Below are positions 55,884-64,000 of a stretch of 64,000 bases of DNA, piece by piece. The notes below the pieces were generated by a model. The model was not told the DNA's origin, ran no database searches, and saw only the letters and a list, made by a program, of their open reading frames with translations. The stretch is from Solirubrobacterales bacterium (GTDB lineage: Bacteria; Actinomycetota; Thermoleophilia; Solirubrobacterales; 70-9). Each line of letters opens with the position of its first letter. The first letter of the stretch is position 1. Location of the stretch: contig VRUE01000003.1 of assembly GCA_019456285.1 (NCBI GenBank), forward strand, positions 1,867 to 65,866, read 5' to 3'. The position numbers and the translations under genes are program-made.

Positions 55884-58073
55884 ATGAGCATGTTCGTGCG
55901 TAAGAAGCGCGGGGCGTCTGCGCGGCGATCCAAGGGGAAGGCGAGAGCGAAGCCTCGCCTGCCGAGGCCGCACCTGCCGCATCGCCTCGAGCAGCGGCAT
56001 CTGGACCTGATCGGGCTCTTCCTGATCGCCGCTGGCGTCTACCTCACCTTTGTCCTCTTCTTCGGCTGGGACGGCGGCAAGGTCGGCTACGGGGTCGAGA
56101 CCGGCCTCGCCTACCTGTTCGGCGAAGCGGGGGCGCGGATCGCGACTGTGCTGATGCTCGTGATCGGCGGCGTGCTGGTGACCGGGACCTCGATCTCGGC
56201 GATCTTCCGCGGTCTCGGCCGGGGCCTGCGCCGTGCCTTCCTCGGCGGGCGCGGAGTGACGCAGACACTGGCCAAGAGCCGCGACGCTCGCCGCGAGGCG
56301 AAGACGTCCGCCTTCGAGACCCGGGCCGGGCCGACCGACGTGATGAGCGCCTACCCCGACGAGGACAAGCTCGAACCGACGGTCGCCCCGGCCGACAACG
56401 AGTTCGACCACGATGTCTACGACAGCGCTGGCGACGAAATCGCAGATCAGGCGGGTCAAGGTTTCCAGGGCGACGGCTCATCTGCCGGCGGCGGACGCGG
56501 AGCGGGGCAGCCGCCGGGTGATCAGGACCCCGATGACCGCCCCGAGGCGCCTTCCCTGACCCCGATGGGCCAGAAGCGCGGCGTCACCACCTCCGAGGAG
56601 ATCGACTACCGGCCGCCCCCCGCCAAGGTGCTGGAGAAGGGCCGCAGCGACAGGGGGCCCGACCGGCACGACCACGAGGCGGTCAGCCGCAAGCTGGTCG
56701 AGGCACTCGGCCACTTCGGGGTCGAGGCGAAGATCGTCGGAATCGTCAGCGGCCCCCACGTCTCCCGCTACGAGCTGCGGCTGGCGCCCGGCACCAAGGT
56801 GAAGAAGGTGACCGAGCTGGCCAACGACCTCGCCTACGCGCTGGCCTCCACGGAGATCCGCATCCTGGCGCCGATCCCCGGCAAGCAGGCGGTCGGGGTC
56901 GAGGTGCCGAACACGCGCCGCCGCATCGTCCGGCTCGGCGACATCTACGCGGGCCGCCCGGAGAAGACCTCGCCGCTGGTCGCCTGGCTGGGCAGGGGGA
57001 TCGACGGCAACGCGGTCTGGACCGACCTGGCGAAGATGCCCCACGTACTGGTCGCCGGCACGACCGGCTCGGGCAAGTCGGGATGCGTCAACGCGATCCT
57101 CTCCTCGATCCTGATGCAGGCCTCGCCCAACGACGTGCGCCTGGTGCTGGTCGACCCGAAGCAGGTCGAGCTGAACCACTATGAGCACGTGCCGCACCTG
57201 CTGACGCCGGTCGTCACCTCGCCGCGCCTCGCCGCCAACGTGCTCGCCAACCTGATCGGCGAGATGGAGAGCCGCTACGGGATCATGGGCGAGGCGCGCT
57301 GCCGCAACCTCAGCGAGCTGAACCGGGCCCGGGCGAAGACGGGCGAGGCGTCGCTGCCCCACGTCCTCTGCGTGATCGACGAGCTCGCCGACCTGATGAT
57401 GGTCGCCCCGGCCGAGGTCGAGGACTCGATCATCCGGCTCGCCCAGAAGTCTCGCGCCACCGGCATCCACCTGGTGCTGGCGACGCAGCGGCCCTCCACC
57501 GACATCATCACCGGCACGATCAAGGTCAACATTCCGGCCCGGATCGCCTTCGCCGTCTCCTCGCAGACCGACTCGCGGGTGATCCTCGACCAGGGCGGGG
57601 CGGAGGCCCTGCTCGGGCAGGGCGACATGCTCTTCCGCGGCGCCGGGACCTCGAAGCTGCAGCGGATCCAGGGGGCGTTCGTCACCGAGGACGAGATTGC
57701 CCGGATCACCACCCACTGGGCCAAGCAGGGGGAGCCGGAGTTCGAGGCGGAGCTGCTGGAGTCCCGCGAGGAGGTCGCCGACGAGGGCGCCGAGGGCGAT
57801 TTCGATCCCGACAGCGACGATTTGCTCGACGAGGCAATCCGCCTCGCGGTGCAGACCGAGACCGCCTCGGTCTCGATGATCCAGCGCCGCCTCCGGGTCG
57901 GCTACACGCGGGCGGGCCGCCTGATCGACATGCTGGAGCGGCGCGGCGTGATCTCCGGCTACGAAGGCTCGAAGCCGCGCCAGGTGCTGATCACCGAGGC
58001 CGATCTCGCCCGCGTCATCGGGCCCGAGACCCCCAACGAGCCCGTCGGGGTCGACGCCGAGGACACCGCGTAG
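55884..58073 (+). CDS. ftsK: DNA translocase FtsK/SpoIIIE
   Basis: N-terminal TM helices and a low-complexity linker. Motor domain with PH.LVAGTTGSGKS (Walker A), a DELADLMM region, and a gamma winged-helix (S.S..QR.L..GY.RA.RL.D.LE..G..S). Start at ATG 55884, downstream of the hairpin. Confidence 0.93.
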   Translation: MSMFVRKKRGASARRSKGKARAKPRLPRPHLPHRLEQRHLDLIGLFLIAAGVYLTFVLFFGWDGGKVGYGVETGLAYLFGEAGARIATVLMLVIGGVLVTGTSISAIFRGLGRGLRRAFLGGRGVTQTLAKSRDARREAKTSAFETRAGPTDVMSAYPDEDKLEPTVAPADNEFDHDVYDSAGDEIADQAGQGFQGDGSSAGGGRGAGQPPGDQDPDDRPEAPSLTPMGQKRGVTTSEEIDYRPPPAKVLEKGRSDRGPDRHDHEAVSRKLVEALGHFGVEAKIVGIVSGPHVSRYELRLAPGTKVKKVTELANDLAYALASTEIRILAPIPGKQAVGVEVPNTRRRIVRLGDIYAGRPEKTSPLVAWLGRGIDGNAVWTDLAKMPHVLVAGTTGSGKSGCVNAILSSILMQASPNDVRLVLVDPKQVELNHYEHVPHLLTPVVTSPRLAANVLANLIGEMESRYGIMGEARCRNLSELNRARAKTGEASLPHVLCVIDELADLMMVAPAEVEDSIIRLAQKSRATGIHLVLATQRPSTDIITGTIKVNIPARIAFAVSSQTDSRVILDQGGAEALLGQGDMLFRGAGTSKLQRIQGAFVTEDEIARITTHWAKQGEPEFEAELLESREEVADEGAEGDFDPDSDDLLDEAIRLAVQTETASVSMIQRRLRVGYTRAGRLIDMLERRGVISGYEGSKPRQVLITEADLARVIGPETPNEPVGVDAEDTA

Positions 58074-58125
58074 CGCCGCTTCTTATGCGCGGATCGGCGC
58101 GCCCAGCGTCCGGCGGATCGCGGCC

Positions 58126-61100
58126 TCAGCTTCCGAGTGCCTCGGCCGGAGCCCCTTCGGGCTCTTCCTCGGCCGGCTCGGACTCCGGCGGCAGCTCGCC
58201 GCCGCGCTTGGTGCCGGCGATCAGCTCGTCGGACGCCCTGCCCTTCGGGATGAAGCCGGACTTCATCCCGAAGTAGACGGCCTGGGGGTGGTGGGCGACG
58301 ATCGCCACCGTCGACTGCTCGGGCATCACGGCGTGGCCCCCGGAGAGGGTCATCCCGATCTCCTCCAGGCCCAGCAGCCGCCAGACCTTTTCGTGCTCGG
58401 ACTGGTCGGGGCAGGCGGGGTAGCCCCATGAGTAGCGGCGGCCCTGGTCGCGCTCGATGCCGAGGTCGCGCCGTGCCTCGGAGTGCAGCCACTCGGCCAG
58501 GCCCTCGGCCGACTGCACGCCGACGCCGTGGACGTAAAGCTGCTCGGCGAACTCGCCTTCGCGCTCCAGCCGCGCGGTCAGCTCGGTCACCTCGGGGCCG
58601 GCCGTGACTCCCTGCAGCGCCACCACGTCGCGCTGGCCCGACTCCAGCGGGCGGAAGAAGTCGGCGAGGCAGATCCGGTCGTGCTTGGGCTGGCGCGGGA
58701 AGACGAGGCGCTCCAGCTCGCGCTCGGGCTCGGAGGGGTCGAAGACGACCAGCTCGTTGCCGTCGGTGGCGCAGGGGAAGTAGCCGAGCCGCGCCCGCGG
58801 GCGCAGGTAGTCCTGCTCGCGCCACATCCGCTCCAGCCGCGGCGCGAAGCCCTCCTCCTCGCCGTCGCCCTCGACCAGCGCCCGCCACGCCTCGCCCTTG
58901 ACGCCGCGCCCGCCCCAGTGCAGCTTGAAGAGGACGTGGCGGTCGAGGTAGGGGAAGACCCCGTCGAGGTCGATCTCCACCTCGCGCACGCCCCAGAAGG
59001 GCGGCGTGGGGACCGGCGTGTCGGTGCGCGCCGAGGAGCGGACGCTGTCGTCGCTGGTCGGCGGCGCGTCGTCGACCGCGACCGGCTTCTCGCGGAGCTG
59101 CTTCGCCTCGCCGCGGATCCGCTCGACCAGCGCCTCGTGGGCCTCCGCGTCGATCAGCGCGTCCATCGTGTCGAGCCCCTGGAAGGCGTCCTTGCAGTAG
59201 AAGACGCCCGGCTCGTAGACCTCGTCCGAATCTTTGCCGAGCGGGTAGAGGGTGCGGCGGCCGAAGTCGCGGTTGATCGCGGCGCCGCCGATCAGCACCG
59301 GGAAGCCGAGGTCGCGTTGGTGCAGCTCCTGCACGCAGATCGGCATCTGCTTCGAGGTCGAGACGAGCAGGGCGGAGAGGCCGATCGCGTCGGCGCCGTT
59401 CTCCACGGCCGCGTCGATGATCGTGTCGACGGGCACCTGCTTGCCGAGGTCGATCACCGTGTAGCCGTTGTTGGTGAGGATCGTGTTGACCAGCGACTTG
59501 CCGATGTCGTGCACGTCGCCGAACACGGTCGCGATCACCACCTTGCCCTTGGTGTGGCCCTCGATCTGCTCCAGGTAGTTCTCCAGCCGCGCCACGGCAC
59601 GTTTCATCACTTCGGCCGACTGCAGGACGAACGGCAGGATCAGCTCGCCGGCGCCGAACTTGTCGCCGACCTCCTTCATCGCCGGCAGCAGCACCTCGTT
59701 CAGAGTCGGCACGGCGCCGATCTTCTCGTTCGAGCGGTCGATCCAGTCCTCGACGCCGTCCTTGCGGCGGCGCAGGATGTGCCAGTGCAGGGCCTCCTCC
59801 GGCTCCATCCCCTCGGTCGGGTCGGCGCCCTCCTCCTCGGCCTCCTCGCCCTTCGCCTCGAAGTGGGCGATGAAGCGCTCCAGCGCGTCCTCACGCCGGT
59901 TGAAGACGAGGTCGTCGGTCAGCTCTCGCTCTTCGTCGGAGATCTCCGCGTAGGGGGTGATGTGGTTGGGGTTGACCATCGCCAGGTCGAGGCCGGCCTC
60001 GACGCAGTGGTGCAGGAAGACCGAGTTGAGGACGGCGCGCGGGCGCGGCGAGACGCCGAAGGAGACGTTGGAGACGCCGAGCGAGGTCTTCACGCCTGGG
60101 ATCTCGGCCTTGATCCGGCGGATCCCCTCGATCGTCTCGACCGCTGCGGGCTTCCACTCCGCCTCGCCGGTGGTCAGGGTGAATGTGAGCGCGTCGAAGA
60201 TCAGCGCCTCGGGGTCGAGGCCGTGCTCGGTGCAGGCGAGGTCGCGGATGCGCTTCGCGATCTCGACCTTGCGCTCCGCTGTCTTCGCCATCCCGACCTC
60301 GTCGATGGTCAGCGCGATCAGCGCCGCGCCGTGCGCCTTCGCGAGCGGCACGACGACGTCGGCCTTCTCGCGGCCCGCCTCGAGGTTGATCGAGTTGACG
60401 ATCGCCCGCCCGGGGATCTGCTCCAGCGCCGCCCGGATCACCTCCGGCTCGGTCGAGTCGACCTGGATCGGGGTGGGCTGGGTCAGTGAGATCCCCTTCA
60501 CGACCGCGGCCATCTGCTCGTCCTCGTCCTGACGCTCGGTCAGCGCCACGCAGACGTCGAGCACGTGGGCGCCGCCGGTCACCTGGTCTTCGGCGATCTG
60601 GACGAGGCCGTCGTAGTCGTCGGCGAGCAGCAGCTCCTTCGCCTTGCGCGACCCCTGCGAGTTGACCCGCTCGCCGACCAGGGTCGGGCGCGGCTCCTGG
60701 ACGAGCGGGGTGGAGGTCATCATCGACGAGACCCGGGCCGGCCCGGGCGCCGGGCGTTCGCCGGGCAGGCGGCCCTCGACCCGCTCGCGGATCGCGGCGA
60801 TGTGCTCGGGAGTCGTCCCGCAGCAGCCGCCGACGATGCCGACCCCGTAGCGCTCGACGAACTCGCCCAGGGTCGCGGCGAGCGGCTCGGGCTCCGCGGG
60901 GAAGATCGTCTCGCCGTCGGGCCCCTGCAGGGGCAGTCCCGCGTTGGGGATGCAGTGGACGGGCAGCGGGCTGTTCTCGCCCAGGTAGCGGATCGCGTCG
61001 CGCATGTCCTCGGGCCCGGTCGAGCAGTTGAGCCCGATCACGTCGATGTCGAGCGCGGTGAGCGTGGTCAGCACAGCCTGGATGTCGGTGCCGAGCAGCA

Positions 61101-61698
61101 TCTTGCCGCCCTGCGGCAGCAGCGAGACGCTGGCCTGGATCGGCAGCGCCCGGCCGCTCGCCTCGAACGCCTGCCGAGCGCCGGAGATCGCCGCCTTCAC
61201 CTCGAGGATGTCCTGCGCGGTCTCGACGATGATCAGGTCGGCGCCGCCCTCGACGAGGCCGCTGGCCTGCTCGGCGAAGACCTCGACCAGCTTGGCGAAG
61301 GAGATATCGCCCAGGGTCGGGTCGGTGGAGGCCGGCAGGAAGCCGGTCGGCCCGATCGAGCCGGCGACGAAGCGCTCCTCGCCCGCCGCCTTTCGGGCTA
61401 TCCGCGCCGCCTCGGCATTGATCTCGGGCGTGTGCTCGCCGAGCCCCCACTCTTCGAGCTTCAGCCGCGACCCCTGGAAGGTGTCGGTCTCGACCACCTC
61501 GGCGCCGGCATCCAGCATCGAGGTGTGTACGCCCTCGATCACGTCGGGGCGGTTGAGCACCAGCGCCTCGTGGCACTTGCCCTGCAGGCCGCCGTAGTCG
61601 GCCTCGGTCAGGTCGAACTGCTCCAGGGTCGCGCCCATGCCGCCGTCGAAGACGACGATGCGCTCCTTGATCGCCGCTATGTAGTCGCGCTCAGCCAT
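58126..61698 (-). CDS. metH: cobalamin-dependent methionine synthase
   Basis: Hcy-binding (FDGGMG..L; GGCCGTTP), pterin-binding, B12 cap/binding (DVHDIGK; the DxHxxG motif), and AdoMet activation domains are all recognisable. ATG 61698 is preferred over TTG 61704. Confidence 0.96.
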   Translation of the reverse strand: MAERDYIAAIKERIVVFDGGMGATLEQFDLTEADYGGLQGKCHEALVLNRPDVIEGVHTSMLDAGAEVVETDTFQGSRLKLEEWGLGEHTPEINAEAARIARKAAGEERFVAGSIGPTGFLPASTDPTLGDISFAKLVEVFAEQASGLVEGGADLIIVETAQDILEVKAAISGARQAFEASGRALPIQASVSLLPQGGKMLLGTDIQAVLTTLTALDIDVIGLNCSTGPEDMRDAIRYLGENSPLPVHCIPNAGLPLQGPDGETIFPAEPEPLAATLGEFVERYGVGIVGGCCGTTPEHIAAIRERVEGRLPGERPAPGPARVSSMMTSTPLVQEPRPTLVGERVNSQGSRKAKELLLADDYDGLVQIAEDQVTGGAHVLDVCVALTERQDEDEQMAAVVKGISLTQPTPIQVDSTEPEVIRAALEQIPGRAIVNSINLEAGREKADVVVPLAKAHGAALIALTIDEVGMAKTAERKVEIAKRIRDLACTEHGLDPEALIFDALTFTLTTGEAEWKPAAVETIEGIRRIKAEIPGVKTSLGVSNVSFGVSPRPRAVLNSVFLHHCVEAGLDLAMVNPNHITPYAEISDEERELTDDLVFNRREDALERFIAHFEAKGEEAEEEGADPTEGMEPEEALHWHILRRRKDGVEDWIDRSNEKIGAVPTLNEVLLPAMKEVGDKFGAGELILPFVLQSAEVMKRAVARLENYLEQIEGHTKGKVVIATVFGDVHDIGKSLVNTILTNNGYTVIDLGKQVPVDTIIDAAVENGADAIGLSALLVSTSKQMPICVQELHQRDLGFPVLIGGAAINRDFGRRTLYPLGKDSDEVYEPGVFYCKDAFQGLDTMDALIDAEAHEALVERIRGEAKQLREKPVAVDDAPPTSDDSVRSSARTDTPVPTPPFWGVREVEIDLDGVFPYLDRHVLFKLHWGGRGVKGEAWRALVEGDGEEEGFAPRLERMWREQDYLRPRARLGYFPCATDGNELVVFDPSEPERELERLVFPRQPKHDRICLADFFRPLESGQRDVVALQGVTAGPEVTELTARLEREGEFAEQLYVHGVGVQSAEGLAEWLHSEARRDLGIERDQGRRYSWGYPACPDQSEHEKVWRLLGLEEIGMTLSGGHAVMPEQSTVAIVAHHPQAVYFGMKSGFIPKGRASDELIAGTKRGGELPPESEPAEEEPEGAPAEALGS

Positions 61699-61742
61699 GA
61701 CCAAAAGAGGCTACCGAGGCGGGTCTGGATCGCTGGGCGGCG

Positions 61743-63311
61743 TCAGCCGCGCAGGCCGAGGCGGCGGCGCCAGTCGCGGGCGTTGAAGGCGCGGGCGATG
61801 CGGACGATCAGGCCGCGGCGGCTCTTCGTGTAGGGGTACCAGGTGGGCTCGCGCTTGCCGCCGAAGCGGGTGATCACCACCGACTCGGTGCGGCAGTACT
61901 TCTTGATCCCCGGCTCGCCGTGGCGGTAGCCGATCCCCGACTCCTTCCAGCCACCCATCGGCACATCGGTGGCGAAGTAGTTGACGAGCACGTCGTTGAC
62001 GTTGACCGCGCCGCACTCGACCCGGCGGGCGACCCGCTCGGCCCGCTCCTTCTCGCCGAAGACCGAGCCCGAGAGGCCGTAGCGACTGTCGTTGGCGAGC
62101 CGCAGCGCCTGCTCGGAGTCGCGCACCTTCATCACCCCGACCACCGGGCCGAAGGTCTCGTCGCGCATCACCTTCATCGAGTGGTCGACGCCGACCAGCA
62201 CGGTCGGCTCGAAGTAGTCGCCCGGCCCCTCGGCGCGGCGCCCTCCGGTCAGCGCCTTGGCGCCGCTCGCCAGCGCGTCGCCGACGTGGTCCTCGACGAT
62301 CGCCGACTGCTTGGGGGAGGTCATCGCGCCGATCTCCTTGCAGTCTCTTGCGTCGTCCGCCCCCTGGCGCAGCTTGCCGACCTCGGCGGTCAGCTTCGCC
62401 ACGAACTCGTCGTAGACGGGCTCCTCGACGTAGATCCGCTCGACCGACATGCAGACCTGACCCGAGTTCATCATCCCGCCCCAGGCCGCGGCGTTGACGG
62501 CGCGGTCGAGGTCTGCGTCGGAGAGGACGATCATCGGGTCCTTGCCGCCCAGCTCGAGGCTGACCGGAGTGAGTGTGTCGGCGGCCCGGGCCATCACCCT
62601 GCGCCCGGTCCGGTCGGAGCCGGTGAACTGGACGAAGTCGACCTCGTCGACCAGGGCGCCGCCGGTCTCGCCGACGCCCTGCACGCAGGCGAGCACGTCG
62701 GGCCCGCCGATCTCCTCCCGCCAGGCCTCGACGACCTCGGCCAGGCCCAGCGGCGTGAACTCCGAGGGCTTGATCACGACCGCGGCGCCCGCCTGCATCG
62801 CCGGGACCGCATCGCCCAGGGAGAGGATCAGGGGGAAGTTCCAGGGGCTGATGATGCCGACCACGGGGTGGGGCCGGTACTGGACACGCAGCTTCTTGGC
62901 GGCGAGCAGGGGGGTGTGGGGGCGGACGCTCTCCTCGCCGATGAACTTGGCCGCCTTCGTCCCGTAGAAGTTGATCAGGTCGGCGAGGTAGACGGGCTCG
63001 TTGGAGGCGTCGGCGCGGACCTTGCCGGTCTCGGCCTGCATCGTGTCGAGCACCCGGTCGGAGTTGTCGAGCAGCCAGTCGCGCAGGCGGCCGAGCCAGC
63101 GGTAGCGGCCCTCGATCCCGAGCGCCTCCCACTCGGGCTGGTTGGCGCGGACCCGGGCGACGGTGGCGGCGACGCTCTGCGGGGAGTCGATCGCGACGCT
63201 GGCGATCTTCGCCCCGGTTGCCGGGTTGAGGACCTCCAACTGGTCTGCTGCATCGCCGCCCGGGCCGCTGTTGGTCGCCTTCGTGCTCGACTGCGCAGTT
63301 CCGCTCTCCAC
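61743..63311 (-). CDS. NAD(P)-dependent aldehyde dehydrogenase (succinate-semialdehyde dehydrogenase-like)
   Basis: LNPATG, FTGS...G, ELGGKDP, and EETFGPV-like (DETFGPV) blocks. GTG 63311 is preceded by GGAGGGAG at SD distance; the ORF track start is TTG 63344. Confidence 0.9.
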   Translation of the reverse strand: MESGTAQSSTKATNSGPGGDAADQLEVLNPATGAKIASVAIDSPQSVAATVARVRANQPEWEALGIEGRYRWLGRLRDWLLDNSDRVLDTMQAETGKVRADASNEPVYLADLINFYGTKAAKFIGEESVRPHTPLLAAKKLRVQYRPHPVVGIISPWNFPLILSLGDAVPAMQAGAAVVIKPSEFTPLGLAEVVEAWREEIGGPDVLACVQGVGETGGALVDEVDFVQFTGSDRTGRRVMARAADTLTPVSLELGGKDPMIVLSDADLDRAVNAAAWGGMMNSGQVCMSVERIYVEEPVYDEFVAKLTAEVGKLRQGADDARDCKEIGAMTSPKQSAIVEDHVGDALASGAKALTGGRRAEGPGDYFEPTVLVGVDHSMKVMRDETFGPVVGVMKVRDSEQALRLANDSRYGLSGSVFGEKERAERVARRVECGAVNVNDVLVNYFATDVPMGGWKESGIGYRHGEPGIKKYCRTESVVITRFGGKREPTWYPYTKSRRGLIVRIARAFNARDWRRRLGLRG

Positions 63312-63346
63312 CTGACCGCTCCCTCCAGTTGGCTGGTCAGCCAAGG

Positions 63347-63402
63347 GTAGAGCCCCGGGGAAGACGAGCGCGGACTCGCGCTTGTCTTCCCCGCGGCTCT
63401 AC
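63347..63402. terminator. long imperfect hairpin between the sugar dehydrogenase stop and the aldehyde dehydrogenase start
   Basis: GTAGAGCC.CGGGGAAGACGAGCGC / GCGCTTGTCTTCCCCG.GGCTCTAC gives about 24 paired positions. There is no U-tract, so its function as a terminator is uncertain. Confidence 0.4.
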
Positions 63403-63408
63403 AGATGG

Positions 63409-64000
63409 CTATCGACCGGGAACCAACCGATACACGGGACCATCCAGCGAGCAGACATAAATCCGGCCGTGGGTGTCTTCTCCGAAGGAGGAGGGGGCGC
63501 TTACCGCCAGGCCGAGCTTGCGCTCGCGGCCGGCGCGGCGCAGGTGGGGGACGAGGCTGCGCAGCTCGCCCTCGCAGAAGTCGGCGTAGACGTAGCGCTT
63601 GTAGAGCGCGCGCAGGCGCCGGTCGCGGATGACGTAGCCGCCGATGATCGAGCAGCTGCCGCCGCCGCGACTCAGCGGGTAGGCGAGGATCGGCTTCACC
63701 GTCCCGCCGGGGTTCGGGGTGCCACTGTTCTCGTCGCGGTAGCGGGAGAAGCCCTCGAAGGCGTCCCAGCCGAAGTTGGCCCCCCGCGCAGCCGCGACCG
63801 TGGTGTAGTCGAGCTCCTCGAAGCGGTTCTGGCCGACATCGGCGATCGCGATCCGGGGCCGCTTCGCGGTCACCGTGTCGAAGGAGAAGCGAAACGGGTT
63901 GCGCAGGCCGAAGCTGTAGATCTCGTCGCGGCCCGGCCCGCCCACAAACGGGTTGGAGGCCGGGATCGAGTAGCGCCGCCCGCGCGCCGCCCGCGGGTCG
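63409..64000 (-). CDS. PQQ-dependent (soluble glucose/sorbosone-type) sugar dehydrogenase, C-terminal part; 5' end beyond the window
   Basis: NPF.GGPGRDEIYSFGLRNPFRFSFD, VGQN.FEE....., GANFGW, and SIIGGYV blocks typical of the beta-propeller sGDH family. The frame stays open to position 64000. Confidence 0.85.
   Translation of the reverse strand, partial: DPRAARGRRYSIPASNPFVGGPGRDEIYSFGLRNPFRFSFDTVTAKRPRIAIADVGQNRFEELDYTTVAAARGANFGWDAFEGFSRYRDENSGTPNPGGTVKPILAYPLSRGGGSCSIIGGYVIRDRRLRALYKRYVYADFCEGELRSLVPHLRRAGRERKLGLAVSAPSSFGEDTHGRIYVCSLDGPVYRLVPGR

Overview
High-GC (about 70%) bacterial chromosome segment. Gene content and order look like a deep-branching Actinomycetota lineage, though that placement is inference only. 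Almost all of it is tightly packed housekeeping genes, many joined by ATGA/GTGA start-stop overlaps: rpiR-pdxS-pdxT-aminopeptidase; yebC-ruvCAB-(Zn-ribbon protein)-secDF; recJ-rel; corA-HIT-PMM-MBL-lipid kinase; a SAM-I riboswitch controlling a ThrC-like/MoaD-like pair; rfbF plus a dehydratase; tRNA-Arg(CCG) beside RNase Z; pyrR-pyrB-pyrC-carA-carB; mihF-gmk-rpoZ-coaBC; rimP-nusA-infB-rbfA-nrnA-truB-ribF-rpsO-pnp-M16 peptidase-dapB-dapA-rnj; an OmpR-type two-component pair; ftsK; metH; an aldehyde dehydrogenase; and a partial PQQ-type sugar dehydrogenase. I saw no defence island, prophage, IS element, CRISPR array or rRNA. The unexplained signal is in the intergenic DNA. (1) A ~55-95 nt repeat family has at least five copies sitting between co-transcribed genes; it has conserved arms, a different central hairpin in each copy, and compensatory changes in the closing stem. 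(2) Two tandem ~115 nt palindromic elements with identical AT-rich cores and unrelated but self-complementary outer stems lie in the 370 bp response-regulator/ftsK spacer. Other points of interest are a short terminator-containing leader in front of rimP-nusA-infB, a structured G/C-tract region upstream of pyrR, a pdxT with no ATG/GTG/TTG start, a truncated rimP, and a tRNA whose 3' end lies 2 nt from the next start codon. All homology calls come from reading the translations; no searches were run.
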